In this document: positions 1 through 9,529 of the stretch, piece by piece
Position numbering within the stretch: the first letter of the stretch is position 1
Layout: each line of letters opens with the position of its first letter
Source of the DNA: Gammaproteobacteria bacterium
Lineage (GTDB): Bacteria > Pseudomonadota > Gammaproteobacteria > JAJDYQ01
Direction: 5' to 3'
Assembly: GCA_965214035.1 (NCBI GenBank)
Contig: OZ243932.1
Span: 1,583,363-1,647,362 of the forward strand
Length of the DNA stretch: 64,000 bases
Made by a program: the position numbers and the translations under genes
The notes under the pieces: model-generated
Database searches by the model: none
The model's input: the letters and a program-made list of their open reading frames with translations, nothing else
Told to the model about the DNA's origin: nothing

Positions 1-495
1 TACATCAAATCTCCACAGGAATGGCGTCCTGTCGAGGGCAGTCTGGAGGCCATCGCCCGACTCAATCATGCCGGCTACAGGACCGTGGTGGCGACCAATC
101 AGTCCGGTATCGCACGCCGGCTGTTCACCATGGATACGCTGATTGATATCAATAATAAAATGCTGAGGCTTACCGAAGAGGCCGGTGGTCATATTGAGGC
201 AGTATTCTTCTGCCCGCATTCTCCGGACGATCACTGTAGTTGCCGCAAACCCAGTCCCGGCATGTACAACGACATCAGCAAACGCTTCCGCATCCCTGCG
301 CGGGAATTATCGGTGGTCGGCGACTCCCTGCGCGACCTGCAAGCTGCACAGGCCATCCACGCCAAACCCTGTCTGGTCAGAACTGGCCGGGGAGAAAAGA
401 CCGAAAAGGTTTTACAGGAGTCCGGACTGGGTGATGTTCCCGTATTCGACAACCTGGCCGAAGCGGCCGGGCATATTATTGCCACAACAGATTGA
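1..495 (+). CDS. gmhB: D-glycero-D-manno-heptose 1,7-bisphosphate phosphatase (5' end outside window)
   Basis: Frame 1 is open from base 1 (YIKSPQEWRPVEGSLEAIARLNHAGYRTVVATNQSGI...). It carries the HAD-IIIA/GmhB zinc motif FFCPHSPDDHCSCRKPSPGM and ends at TGA 493-495. Confidence 0.8.
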   Translation, partial: YIKSPQEWRPVEGSLEAIARLNHAGYRTVVATNQSGIARRLFTMDTLIDINNKMLRLTEEAGGHIEAVFFCPHSPDDHCSCRKPSPGMYNDISKRFRIPARELSVVGDSLRDLQAAQAIHAKPCLVRTGRGEKTEKVLQESGLGDVPVFDNLAEAAGHIIATTD

Positions 496-501
496 AGCCT
501 G

Positions 502-1245
502 ATGCTTTTTTTACGGTCTCTGCTGTTCTGGACAGGGCTGGCGACATCCACGGTTATCATCACACCGTTTGTACCCCTGCTGTATCCCCTGCCGTATAAC
601 GTGCGTTATCGCTATGCCTATCAGTGGACCCGTTTTAATCTCTGGTGGCTGCAACTGACCTGTGGCTTGAAATACAGGATTTCCGGTGCCAGCAATATCC
701 CGGACACACCCCACATCGTCATGGCCAAGCATCAGTCGGCCTGGGAAACCATGGCCCTGCAGAGGCTGTTTCCACCGCAGGTCTGGGTTATGAAACGGGA
801 ACTACTCCGAATTCCTTTTTTCGGCTGGGCCATCGCCAGTATGGAGCCGATTGCGATTGATCGCACATCCGGGCACAAGGCGATGAGACAGATTATCGAA
901 CAGGGCAGAAAGAAGCTCGAGGAAGGTCGCTGGATCGTCATTTTTCCTGAAGGCACACGGGTACCACCCGGCAAGCGGGGACGTTACGGAATCAGCGGTT
1001 CAATACTCGCCATCGAAGCCGGTTATCCAATTATTCCCATTGCCCACAACGCCGGTGAATTCTGGGGGCGCAACCGTTTTGTAAAGCGACCCGGCACAGT
1101 TGATGTCGTCATCGGTGAACCCGTGCATACCGACAATCTGACAGCACTGGAACTCAATCAAAAAATTGAAAACTGGATAGAAGGTGAAATGAAAAAAATA
1201 AGCCACACGCCTTATACCGGTGAGCAGTATCAAAGACAGACATGA
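502..1245 (+). CDS. plsC: 1-acyl-sn-glycerol-3-phosphate acyltransferase
   Basis: 247 aa with an N-terminal TM segment. It has the acyltransferase blocks AKHQSAWET (HX4D/E-like) and FPEGTR. The position after gmhB is common in gammaproteobacteria. Confidence 0.8.
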   Translation: MLFLRSLLFWTGLATSTVIITPFVPLLYPLPYNVRYRYAYQWTRFNLWWLQLTCGLKYRISGASNIPDTPHIVMAKHQSAWETMALQRLFPPQVWVMKRELLRIPFFGWAIASMEPIAIDRTSGHKAMRQIIEQGRKKLEEGRWIVIFPEGTRVPPGKRGRYGISGSILAIEAGYPIIPIAHNAGEFWGRNRFVKRPGTVDVVIGEPVHTDNLTALELNQKIENWIEGEMKKISHTPYTGEQYQRQT

Positions 1246-1351
1246 TCAGACAATCTGACCGGCTTTAATCATGCCGGTGATTGGGTATATTCACATCCCC
1301 GCAGGCCATGTGCAGGCCGGCATCAGTACGACCATTAAACGGAGAGATTTT

Positions 1352-1576
1352 ATGAGTGACAACGCAGCCATGGAAGCCGAACGCGACAGACTCGTTCAGG
1401 AAATGATCGATATGCAGAAGCAGTTCATCGCACAGGAACACTGAGAGGGAATCTCGCCCAAAGAGTACTTCACGGCCACAGACGGGATACTGAAAGACTA
1501 TCGCAGTCATTATATGGACAAAGCGATGCGGGTCGCAGACATATCCCGTCGCCTGATTACCGATACCAAGGGGTAA
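1352..1576 (+). pseudogene. Small hypothetical ORF (74 codons) interrupted by an in-frame TGA at 1442-1444
   Basis: GGAGAG at 1341-1346 lies 5 nt before ATG 1352. The translation is MSDNAAMEAERDRLVQEMIDMQKQFIAQEH-TGA-EGISPKEYFTATDGILKDYRSHYMDKAMRVADISRRLITDTKG-TAA, and both halves look protein-like. The 112-aa ORF on the opposite strand looks like noise. Confidence 0.3.
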
Positions 1577-1654
1577 CCAGCCGACCCGGCACAAGGCAAA
1601 CAATGACCGGGAAGAAAATATGCCGGACGATACTGCCGAAGTCAGGGAACCCCG

Positions 1655-2215
1655 CTACAAACGATGGCGCTGAACGTGAAACTGCACGGGTTCGGAACGG
1701 ATCAGGGTTTTGCCACCGTCATCCTCAACAGTGGCATACACCGTATGTGTCCCCCTGTAAAGATCGGACAGGGTAAAACCGGTTGAAGAGCCTCTGGAAA
1801 CGCTGTTTCCGTCGAAATACAGGACGATAACATGCCCGGCTTGCAGTGCTGGCTGTAATTCGACACCGACAGCGACACTTTGTATTTCCGGCGTAAAGAC
1901 CTGATCGCTGGCAGGGGATGTAACCGACAGCGATTCGTACCGGATTACTTTTTGACGGGGCGTCGGGTGCCGTGGTGCGGTCGGGCCGGCCGGCACAACC
2001 AGGATCGGTGCCGGGGTATAGGTTTCTGCGCTGTCATCAAGCGGTCTGTCCGAAAAATGGACGCGGCCCTCTTCATCAACCCATCGATAAAGCTCGGCAC
2101 CGGCAGCGGTACAGAAAAACAACAGCATGAACAGTGTGACCAGCCTCATGGGACAAACATAGCCACTTTGCCGGTATGGTGCAATCTGCCGGGCCTGCTT
2201 CATTATCACCCTCAC
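1655..2215 (-). CDS. DUF4124 domain-containing secreted protein
   Basis: A signal-like segment LVTLFMLLFFCTAAGA is followed by ELYRWVDEEGRVHFSDRP, the signature I associate with DUF4124. The start may be internal (MRLVTLF...). There is a 4-nt overlap with the upstream gene. Confidence 0.65.
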   Translation of the reverse strand: MRVIMKQARQIAPYRQSGYVCPMRLVTLFMLLFFCTAAGAELYRWVDEEGRVHFSDRPLDDSAETYTPAPILVVPAGPTAPRHPTPRQKVIRYESLSVTSPASDQVFTPEIQSVAVGVELQPALQAGHVIVLYFDGNSVSRGSSTGFTLSDLYRGTHTVYATVEDDGGKTLIRSEPVQFHVQRHRL

Positions 2216-3015
2216 CGTATCGGCAGTCCGAGTATCAGTGCCAGAGATGACTGTAACCGATCCAGCCAGTTACCCTGCTGCACATGCCCTTCAATCCGTG
2301 TTTCTCCATCCGAGGTGGCATAGTACAGAGCGGCCCCGGTTTTGCCGGATTTTTTAACGGCAGACAACCCGCAATCGGCCCGAACCAGCAGAGCCTCTAT
2401 TGCGTGTAACCGGTTCTTGTTAATACCGGCCTCTGCAAGTACATGATCTTCAGCATCGTATGCTGTCAGGGTCAGCCCATCCACCTGCTCACTCGGCTGC
2501 CATAAAACATATCTGACCAGCGGCTCCGATTGAATCTGCAAAGACAACAAGATGAACCGGGAATCCGCAGTACCACCAACAACCAGCGAATGGCTTGCCT
2601 GCTGGTCGATGGTACGGCTCTCAAGATCGCGATCTCTCAACCACTGTCTGGCCTGCAGGGTATAAAACTGCTCCTTGAAGGCATACCAGTCGTCTTCAAA
2701 ATGCGGATATTCCGCCAACGCCTGTTTGAAATGCCAGTCTGCCTGCTTTTGCTGCAACGCTGCCTGTAATTTATACCGGCAAGCCTGCTCATCGACAGTG
2801 GCGATAAAGCTCTCCATCAATGACGGCAGCACATTGGCAGGTATCGGTTTGACACTGATATACCGCGACAGCGGTATCGCAGGACCGGGATGAATCTCCT
2901 CAATCGGCCCTGGTGTCACCCCACCATTGGTCGTATCCAGCCACCAGGTCACATCATCATCTGACTGCAATGCCATGACCAACATATCGAGATCAACGGG
3001 TGGCGGCCTGCTCAT
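2212..3015 (-). CDS. Hypothetical protein (N-terminus resembles UPF0158)
   Basis: 267-aa ORF packed tightly between xthA (2-nt gap) and the DUF4124 gene (4-nt overlap). The N-terminus VDLDMLVMALQSDDDVTWWLDTTNGGV resembles UPF0158 proteins from memory. Confidence 0.55.
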   Translation of the reverse strand: MSRPPPVDLDMLVMALQSDDDVTWWLDTTNGGVTPGPIEEIHPGPAIPLSRYISVKPIPANVLPSLMESFIATVDEQACRYKLQAALQQKQADWHFKQALAEYPHFEDDWYAFKEQFYTLQARQWLRDRDLESRTIDQQASHSLVVGGTADSRFILLSLQIQSEPLVRYVLWQPSEQVDGLTLTAYDAEDHVLAEAGINKNRLHAIEALLVRADCGLSAVKKSGKTGAALYYATSDGETRIEGHVQQGNWLDRLQSSLALILGLPIR

Positions 3016-3017
3016 GG

Positions 3018-3794
3018 TTAGGTAAATTCGCCATCAAATCGGGCCACTACCGGGGCATGGTCCGAAGGCCGCTCAAGTTTTCGCGGTTCCCTGTCGATAA
3101 AGCCCTCGACGCAGCATTTTGTCATGGCTCCACCGGACAGTATCAGGTCAATCCGCAAACCGAGATTTCTACGGAATCCGGCTGCCCGATAATCCCACCA
3201 GCTAAACGACTTTTCCGGCTGTTCAAACAGGCGAAAGGTATCGCTCAAACCCATATCAAAAAGACGCTGCAATGCCTGCCGCTCAGGCATACTGCACAAA
3301 ATCCTGTCCTGCCATACCGCCGGATCATGCACATCCTCATCGGCAGGGGCGATATTAAAATCACCCATCACGACAAACCGGTCATACCGATCAAGCTGAG
3401 ATTCAATATAATCACTCACCCTGCTCAACCAGTGCAGCTTCCAGTGATATTTTTCATCCCCGACCTCTTTGCCATTAACGACGTATAGATTCAACACACG
3501 AACACCATTGACTGTCGCACCCAGAATCCTGCGCTGCGGGTCCTCCAGATTCGGCACATCAACCACCAGCTCCTCAGCCGGACTGCGTGTAATCAGGGCC
3601 ACACCGTTATAGGTCTTTTGCCCGGAATACACCACCTCATAGCCCAGTTCACGTATTTCTGCAGCAGGAAAGGCATCGTCATTGATCTTGGTTTCCTGCA
3701 AACCGAGCACATCGGGCTGTTGTGTCCGCAGCCAATCCAGCACATGAGGCAGACGCACCCGCAGGGAGTTGACATTCCAGCTTGCTATTTTCAT
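3018..3794 (-). CDS. xthA: Exodeoxyribonuclease III
   Basis: MKIASWNVNSLRVRLPHVLDWL...QPDVLGLQETK...SDHAPV aligns along its length with E. coli XthA (MKFVSFNINGLRAR...). ATG 3794 is chosen by homology. The ORF track extends to a GTG at 3818. Confidence 0.9.
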   Translation of the reverse strand: MKIASWNVNSLRVRLPHVLDWLRTQQPDVLGLQETKINDDAFPAAEIRELGYEVVYSGQKTYNGVALITRSPAEELVVDVPNLEDPQRRILGATVNGVRVLNLYVVNGKEVGDEKYHWKLHWLSRVSDYIESQLDRYDRFVVMGDFNIAPADEDVHDPAVWQDRILCSMPERQALQRLFDMGLSDTFRLFEQPEKSFSWWDYRAAGFRRNLGLRIDLILSGGAMTKCCVEGFIDREPRKLERPSDHAPVVARFDGEFT

Positions 3795-4013
3795 GGATTT
3801 ATCCGGTAACGTAGTCACTTCATGTAACAGAGCAGTGATTTTACCAATTGATGGAGCGACCAGAGCTGCCAGTCAGTTTATAGCAACACAGTAAAAGCCA
3901 TTACCAACCATAGCCAGCCGGAGGCCTTGTGTAAAGCAGGACGGGATTCAACAGCCTCAATCTCTGTTAAACAGATCTCCTGAATCTGTTGAGCAGGAAG
4001 GCAACAGAGTGTC

Positions 4014-4064
4014 AAAAAAGCGGGGCCGGAGGTACAGCGTTCTACAAGGAGGGTTTCCGGCCCC
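4014..4064 (-). terminator. Rho-independent terminator of autotransporter copy 1
   Basis: On the minus strand the sequence reads GGGGCCGGA...TCCGGCCCC, a 9-bp GC stem, followed by GCTTTTTT. It is duplicated in copy 2. Confidence 0.7.
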
Positions 4065-4105
4065 GTAATAGCCGGCCAACAGAGGAACCGGCTGACCAAT
4101 GGAGG

Positions 4106-6305
4106 CTACCAGTATAGCCTTAATTCCGCGCCAATGCCATGATTTTGATCATTATTATTCTGCTGGCGGCGGATGGCCTTGATATCGAGTTCCGATTTCC
4201 GGCTGGACGGGTTTGACAGCAGGCGCCAGCCGAGGGTCAGGTCACGTTTGGCATCGGACGCCGACAGGCTGGCATAGGGGATGCCGGTGGCGTTGTGCAG
4301 GGCAAAGCCCCACTCGCCTTTCAGGGTCCATTGACTCGATACTTCGGCGGTTTGAGAGTTGTCTTCCTTCAACGCATCCGTCAGGGAGTCCGACAACAGC
4401 CGCTCCAGACCGCTGGCAGCCGGTGCATTGCCGTATTCCTGACGTAGACTGAACGACGGACCATGCGCCGAGTCCGGCCGCGCCTTGTAACGCAGTGAAC
4501 CGGACAGACCCCACTCCTGCCGCTCGGAAGCCTCCTGCTCCAGCAGATAGCGACCGCGCAGCTCGACGGTCAAGCCTTTGTCCGGCATCTGCCAGGACCA
4601 GGCCAGACCCATGCGCAAACGCTGTGTGTCCGCCTCGGTACCGGCCATCACCTCGGAGTCATCCGACTCAATACGGGCCAGCGTCATGTCCGAGGTCAGG
4701 CGCACAGTCAATCCGCCCTCTTCTACCGGACGCTCCAGCAGCGTGCCACGCAGACCGGCCGTGGCAGACCACTGCTCCAGATCGTGTTCCGATTCCATAC
4801 CGGTCTGTGAAGTCTGCTGCAAGTCACCCTGACCATAACTGACCGCACCCCACCGTTGCAGACGCTCGGTCAGGTCATGGCACACATACGGCAGGATAGA
4901 GGCCAGCGTGCCGGACAGCTCACCCTCATCCGATTCACCCTGCCATTCGCCATCACTGTCGCTGTAGGTCAGCGCCAGACCCAGCAGCGTCTGACCGCTG
5001 TTGTGGTCAATACCCAGCAGGGCCGTGGTCACTTCACCGTCCGTGCTGAGGCCGTCTGCACCGTCTTCATAGTCCGAATACGCCGCCCGACCCCAGAGCG
5101 AGACACCGTGCTCATCACTGAGTGTAAAGTGACTGCCACGCAGCAGAGACGGCAGCAGCTTCGGCAAGGACAGCGTGCGCGAGAGTGAATGCGGACGATC
5201 CACTGAACCGGCTCCCAACGGCTCAAGGCCCGTTGAAACAGAGTCCGCAGCCTGACCAGAGCGGGTCGCATGCAGCGCCTGACCCCGTGGCAGGCCGTGC
5301 AGGTGCCCCGACAAACCGGGCTGACTCGATGCGGTAAAACGCTCATCCAGCCCGTCCAGCATGTGCTCAATCACCGTCAGACCAAAGCGCGGCAGCCAGA
5401 GCGCCTGCGCCGCCTGCATCTCGGCCATATCGCCGCCCGTGATACGTACCTCCATGACCGCCGTAACGCCGTCATAACCACCGGTCGCCGTATGAGTCAA
5501 CTCCACTCGATCCTCGCGCAGCGCTTCGGAGGCCATCACCGTCACCGTCTGTGCCCGCTGCCAGTCCATCGAGGTGAAGGTCAGGGTGTTGTCGCCGGAG
5601 CCGTTGTCGAGGGTGATGCCGCTGGCCATGGCCGTGACGGTGACATTGGCGGCCGGTTGTGAGGTGAGTGCCACGGTGTAGCTGTCGGTGCCGCTGTTTT
5701 CCGACAGGGTCAGTGCGGTTTTGCTGAGTGTGACGCCGGTGCGGTCGTCATTGCGGATGGTGTAGGTGACACTGCCGTCAGTGGCGGAGATGATGACATC
5801 GGCGGGGGGTATCGGAGTTGCCGCCCAAACCACTGCCCACACCACTGACTGGTCGCAGGCTGACCATGACGGTTTCGTCATCCTCGAACAGGCTGTCTCC
5901 GTTGACCCGGATTTTGCGGCTGAAGGATGGGTTGTCAGGGAGTATAAGCAGATCTCTACAACCACTACTAAGACGAGGCTCTGTGTTATCCAGGAATGTG
6001 TACTGATAGTCCGCATGGCTGCCGCGCTCGGCGGTGCCACCGAGGCAAAGCTCGATATTAAAACGCTGCAGTCTGGGCGGATTCATGGTGAAGGTCACGG
6101 TGGCGGCGGTGATGTTCACCATCGGTATGTCGTCGTTGAGGATGGTGAAGGTGGTCATAGCAGTGCCAAGAGTGACACTGCCGTGTGCCTGGGTTATTTC
6201 CAGGGTGGCGTTAATGGTTTCGTTGGGTTCGGGAGTGGTGTCGCCGAATATGCCAACGCCGACGAAAGTATTGGAGAGTAAGGTGGCAGGCTGCACCGCA
6301 GCCAT
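4106..6305 (-). pseudogene. Calx-beta domain autotransporter adhesin, copy 1 (frameshifted, signal peptide deleted)
   Basis: The Calx-beta-like part is in ORF 5778-6305 (GDTTPEPNETI..TILNDD; RKIRVNGDSLFEDDETVMVSL). ORF 4106-6040 holds a further repeat (YTIRNDDRTGVTL...) and a C-terminal autotransporter beta-barrel ending in ...GIGAELRLYW. The two ORFs overlap in different frames, and the frame changes at the G6 run 5804-5809. No signal peptide follows the ATG. Confidence 0.8.
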
Positions 6306-6823
6306 TGAGCTACAGAGTGAAAAACCGGTAATTTGTTACTGGGAGGGGGGCAATGCAGCAGCGCCTGCGCTGGCACGCCGGTTGGTGCTGTTTGTTGCCG
6401 CGAGGACACGGTTTGTCGCGGCGATGATGCTGTTGCTGATCGTCGTCAGCCATTGTTCGGTTTTCATGTCGGTTGCTCCTGTCATATGTATTACCTGAAT
6501 TGCCGGTTACGGAGTCCCGCCTGCCCTGGCCGGCCAACACCTTTGTCGGGTTGAGCGGCTGATTTTGAACCTGCCTGTGCCGGATTGCAAATGGCAGCGG
6601 GGGTATTTCCGTGCGCCTTACCCGTTTTTGCATATCAAAAATACGATTGCAACCGTTTTTTTTCATCATTTTATGCCCTGGCCGGTATGATGGGCAGGAT
6701 GCGGCGGCTGTCCGGCTTCGTTCGGCATGTACGGCAGTCGCTGAAAACGGGGGATTTCCGTTCAGATTAACGCTTTTCGAGGCTGTTCGGATTGATGCAG
6801 GGCAAACCGGCCACAATTTTGTT

Positions 6824-6852
6824 TTGACGCCGGCGTATCGTGTTCGTATGAT
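6824..6852 (+). promoter_or_regulatory. Putative sigma-70 promoter of the tRNA cluster
   Basis: TTGACG (6824-6829), a 17-nt spacer, then TATGAT (6847-6852). An A/T-rich stretch lies upstream and tRNA-Pro starts at 6872. Confidence 0.55.
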
Positions 6853-6871
6853 GCTGTGCTTCGGGAAAAAT

Positions 6872-6948
6872 CGGGGTATGGCGCAGTCTGGTAGCGCATC
6901 TGCTTTGGGAGCAGAGGGTCGGGGGTTCAAATCCCTCTGCCCCGACCA
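6872..6948 (+). tRNA. tRNA-Pro (anticodon TGG)
   Basis: Hand-folded cloverleaf. Acceptor CGGGGTA/TGCCCCG, anticodon arm TCTGC-TTTGGGA-GCAGA, T-loop TTCAAAT, encoded CCA. Confidence 0.9.
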
Positions 6949-7006
6949 TTGCTGGCAGGACGGGTCGGTTGCAAACACCGGCTTTGTGCCTCATGGGTCA
7001 GTATTT

Positions 7007-7083
<77 letters not shown>

Positions 7084-7107
7084 GAGACGGGCCGGGTGGA
7101 AAGTTAT

Positions 7108-7184
7108 GGTGGGTGTAGCTCAGTTGGTAGAGCACTGGATTGTGGCTCCGGATGTCGAGGGTTCGAGTCCCTTCACTCACCCCA
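7108..7184 (+). tRNA. tRNA-His (anticodon GTG)
   Basis: The extra 5' G(-1) typical of tRNA-His is present. Anticodon arm CTGGA-TTGTGGC-TCCGG, T-loop TTCGAGT, CCA. Confidence 0.9.
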
Positions 7185-7352
7185 TATCCATGCCGGACAT
7201 GGATGAAACTTGACGGGCCGACAGGATTCCGTCAACAATCAGGCACAAGTTACAAGCCGTCAGGGCCGTTATCTGTGGTCTGTATGGTGTCAACGGCTGT
7301 TTTCTGGTGTCCTTGTAGATATATGAGCGTTATGAGCAGTCAGGGAGAAACG

Positions 7353-7437
7353 GCGAAAGTGGCGGAATTGGCAGACGCGCCGGATTTAGGTTCCGGTGCC
7401 GCAAGGCGTGAGAGTTCGAGTCTCTCCTTTCGCACCA
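7353..7437 (+). tRNA. tRNA-Leu (anticodon TAG)
   Basis: Acceptor GCGAAAG/CTTTCGC, anticodon arm CCGGA-TTTAGGT-TCCGG, long variable arm GCC-GCAA-GGC, T arm GAGAG-TTCGAGT-CTCTC, CCA. Confidence 0.9.
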
Positions 7438-7500
7438 TGTTTTGAATCGGGTATCGTTATGGCAACACAGGCTGGTATGGCAGTACAAACAGAGAACCAG

Positions 7501-8805
7501 ATGGATGTGGCGGTTGAGGTGGTGCAGGGGCTGGAGCGTCGTATGACGGTTACGGTGCCTGATCATGATATCGAGTCGAATATCAATAAAAAACTGCGTT
7601 CGATCGCTAAAACCGCCCATATGCAGGGCTTTCGCCCCGGCAGAGTGCCGTTTGGCATGGTGAAAAGACAGTATCTTGAGCAGGTGCGGGATGATGTGAT
7701 GACGGATGTTATCGCTGCTACCTGCGAGCAGGCGCTGTTGAGGGAGAATATCCGGCCGGTTGACAGGCCCGCTTTGCAGTCACGGGACTTGAGGGATGAC
7801 AGTGTGTTGCAGTATGTTGTCACTTTTGAGGTTTTTCCGGAAGTTGAGGTGCAGGGGCTGGATCGGCTGCGGGTGGAAAAGCCGGTGGTGTCCATTGACG
7901 GGGGGGATGTGGACCGTATGCTGGACAGATTGCGGCGACAGCGCACCGAGTGGCATGAGGTTGAGCGGGCAGGCCGGTCCGGTGATCGTCTTGTTGTTAC
8001 GTTTGATGGCAGGATTGACGGTGAACCGTTTGAGGGCAGTCAGGCTGAGCACATGCCTGTGGTGCTGGGTGCCAGTCTCATGCCGAATGGATTTGAGGAG
8101 AATCTTGTTGGTCTGAAAGCCGGTGATGACAAGGTGTTCGAGATCACTTTTCTTCAGGATTATCGCGGTCAGGCCGTTGCTGGCCGGACTGCCCGGTTCA
8201 GTGTCCATGCTGACTCTGTCAGTGAGCCGGAGTTGCCGGAGGTGGATGATGAGTTTGCCCGCTCCTATGGGGTTGATGAGGGAGGAGTGGAGCAACTGCG
8301 TCAGGCTGTCGAGGAGAATATGCGGCGCGAGCTGGATCAGAAGGTGCGTTCCCTGATTAAGGAGCAGATCATGGACGGGTTGCTGGAAAATAATTCGATT
8401 GAGGTTCCGAATGTGCTGGTCGAGCGGGAGATTGATCGGCTGCATGAGGTGGTCACAAACGGTGCGCCGCAGCCCGGCAGCAGTGCCCGGACGGATCTGC
8501 CCCGCGCTCCGTTTGAAGAGCGGGCGCGCCGCCGTATCCGGCTTGGCTTGTTGGTGGGCAGGCTTATACAGGCCAACGGGATCGAGTTGGATCGGGATCG
8601 GTTTGATGAGCGGGTCAGGAGCATTGCTTCGACTTATGAGGAGTCTGAGGTGGTGGAGCGCGCCTATCGTGAGAGGGAAGACTTGAGGCGGGATCTGGAG
8701 GCTGTGGTTATGGAGGATCGGCTTGTCGATGTGCTGCTTGAGCAGATTGAGGTCGCGGAGGTGACAAAGGATTTTTTCGATGTCATTGAACCGCCTGCGG
8801 CTTGA
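7501..8805 (+). CDS. tig: Trigger factor
   Basis: MDVAVEVVQGLERRMTVTVPDHDIE aligns with the E. coli Tig N-terminus (MQVSVETTQGLGRRVTITI). The position before clpP-clpX-lon is conserved. ATGs at 7459 and 7477 are alternative starts. The ORF-track start at 7396 lies inside tRNA-Leu and is rejected. Confidence 0.9.
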   Translation: MDVAVEVVQGLERRMTVTVPDHDIESNINKKLRSIAKTAHMQGFRPGRVPFGMVKRQYLEQVRDDVMTDVIAATCEQALLRENIRPVDRPALQSRDLRDDSVLQYVVTFEVFPEVEVQGLDRLRVEKPVVSIDGGDVDRMLDRLRRQRTEWHEVERAGRSGDRLVVTFDGRIDGEPFEGSQAEHMPVVLGASLMPNGFEENLVGLKAGDDKVFEITFLQDYRGQAVAGRTARFSVHADSVSEPELPEVDDEFARSYGVDEGGVEQLRQAVEENMRRELDQKVRSLIKEQIMDGLLENNSIEVPNVLVEREIDRLHEVVTNGAPQPGSSARTDLPRAPFEERARRRIRLGLLVGRLIQANGIELDRDRFDERVRSIASTYEESEVVERAYREREDLRRDLEAVVMEDRLVDVLLEQIEVAEVTKDFFDVIEPPAA

Positions 8806-8863
8806 GTGGATTTTTTCGGGGTCAGTCCGGTTATTTTGAGTGATATGGTCAGAGGTGGCTGTT

Positions 8864-9529
8864 ATGAGTGATGGCAGAGGAGAAGGTTTGAGTCACGCGC
8901 CGGGGGCGTCGCAGATCAGAAATCTGAATCTGGTTCCTGTCGTGGTTGAGCAGACTTCCAGAGGTGAGCGTTCATATGATATCTATTCCCGCCTGCTCAA
9001 GGAGCGCGTGGTTTTTATGGTCGGACCGGTTGAGGATTATTCGGCCAATCTGATCGTGGCTCAGTTGTTGTTTCTGGAAGCAGACAATCCGGATAAGGAT
9101 ATTCATTTTTACATTAATTCTCCCGGCGGTTCGATTTCATCAGGGCTGGCAATTTATGATACCATGCAGTTTATCAAGCCTGATGTCAGCACCATGTGTA
9201 TCGGTCAGGCAGCCAGCATGGGGGCGGTTCTGTTGGCCGGTGGTGCGGCCGGCAAGCGCTATTCTCTACCGCATTCGCGGGTGATGCTGCATCAGCCTCT
9301 GGGAGGATTTCAGGGGCAGGCTTCCGATTTTGACATTCACGCCAGAGAAATTCTGCTGGCACGTGAGCGATTGAACAGGATTCTGGCCGATCATACCGGC
9401 CAGAAGCTGGATAAAATTCAACATGATACCGACCGCGATAATTTTATGAGCGCTGAAGAGGCGAAGGATTATGGCCTGATCGATCAGGTGATGCTGGATC
9501 GTCAGGGCAAGGCCGGCGGGAAGAGTTGA
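8864..9529 (+). CDS. clpP: ATP-dependent Clp protease proteolytic subunit
   Basis: [25 protein letters not shown]...[18 protein letters not shown]...GQAASMGA...MLHQP. AGAGGTGG precedes ATG 8864. Confidence 0.95.
   Translation: MSDGRGEGLSHAPGASQIRNLNLVPVVVEQTSRGERSYDIYSRLLKERVVFMVGPVEDYSANLIVAQLLFLEADNPDKDIHFYINSPGGSISSGLAIYDTMQFIKPDVSTMCIGQAASMGAVLLAGGAAGKRYSLPHSRVMLHQPLGGFQGQASDFDIHAREILLARERLNRILADHTGQKLDKIQHDTDRDNFMSAEEAKDYGLIDQVMLDRQGKAGGKS

Larger units (their letters stand above)
4008..6328. repeat. Inverted-repeat copy 1 (2321 bp) of the autotransporter element
   Basis: The reverse complement matches 34100-36736 base for base over almost the whole length, apart from a 316-bp segment missing here. 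Homology stops at gacact|ctgttgc (4008) and at ccggttttt (6328). Confidence 0.9.

Noticed and set aside
1442-1500. Selenocysteine (SECIS) explanation for the in-frame TGA
   Set aside because: I could find no stable hairpin at the expected distance downstream. There is no Cys/Sec-type redox motif around the codon. It is kept only as a minor possibility within the finding.
3878-4099. 73-aa ORF on the minus strand between xthA and adhesin copy 1
   Set aside because: It runs across the repeat boundary and through the terminator hairpin of the adhesin. It has no SD and no protein-like features.
4213-6498. Many 60-175-aa ORFs in alternative frames and strands across adhesin copy 1. The same set is mirrored at 34381-36531.
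   Set aside because: These are typical stop-poor artefacts of GC-rich DNA. Their translations are Arg/Pro/Ala-rich nonsense, and they overlap a frame with clear Calx-beta and autotransporter similarity.
6310-6978. 222-aa minus-strand ORF, plus several plus-strand ORFs (6585-7445), spanning the tRNA cluster region
   Set aside because: They overlap well-folded tRNA-Pro/Arg/His/Leu genes and the tRNA promoter. No coding signal is present.
7396-7500. ORF-track start of trigger factor at 7396
   Set aside because: It lies inside tRNA-Leu (7353-7437). Homology to the Tig N-terminus begins at ATG 7501.
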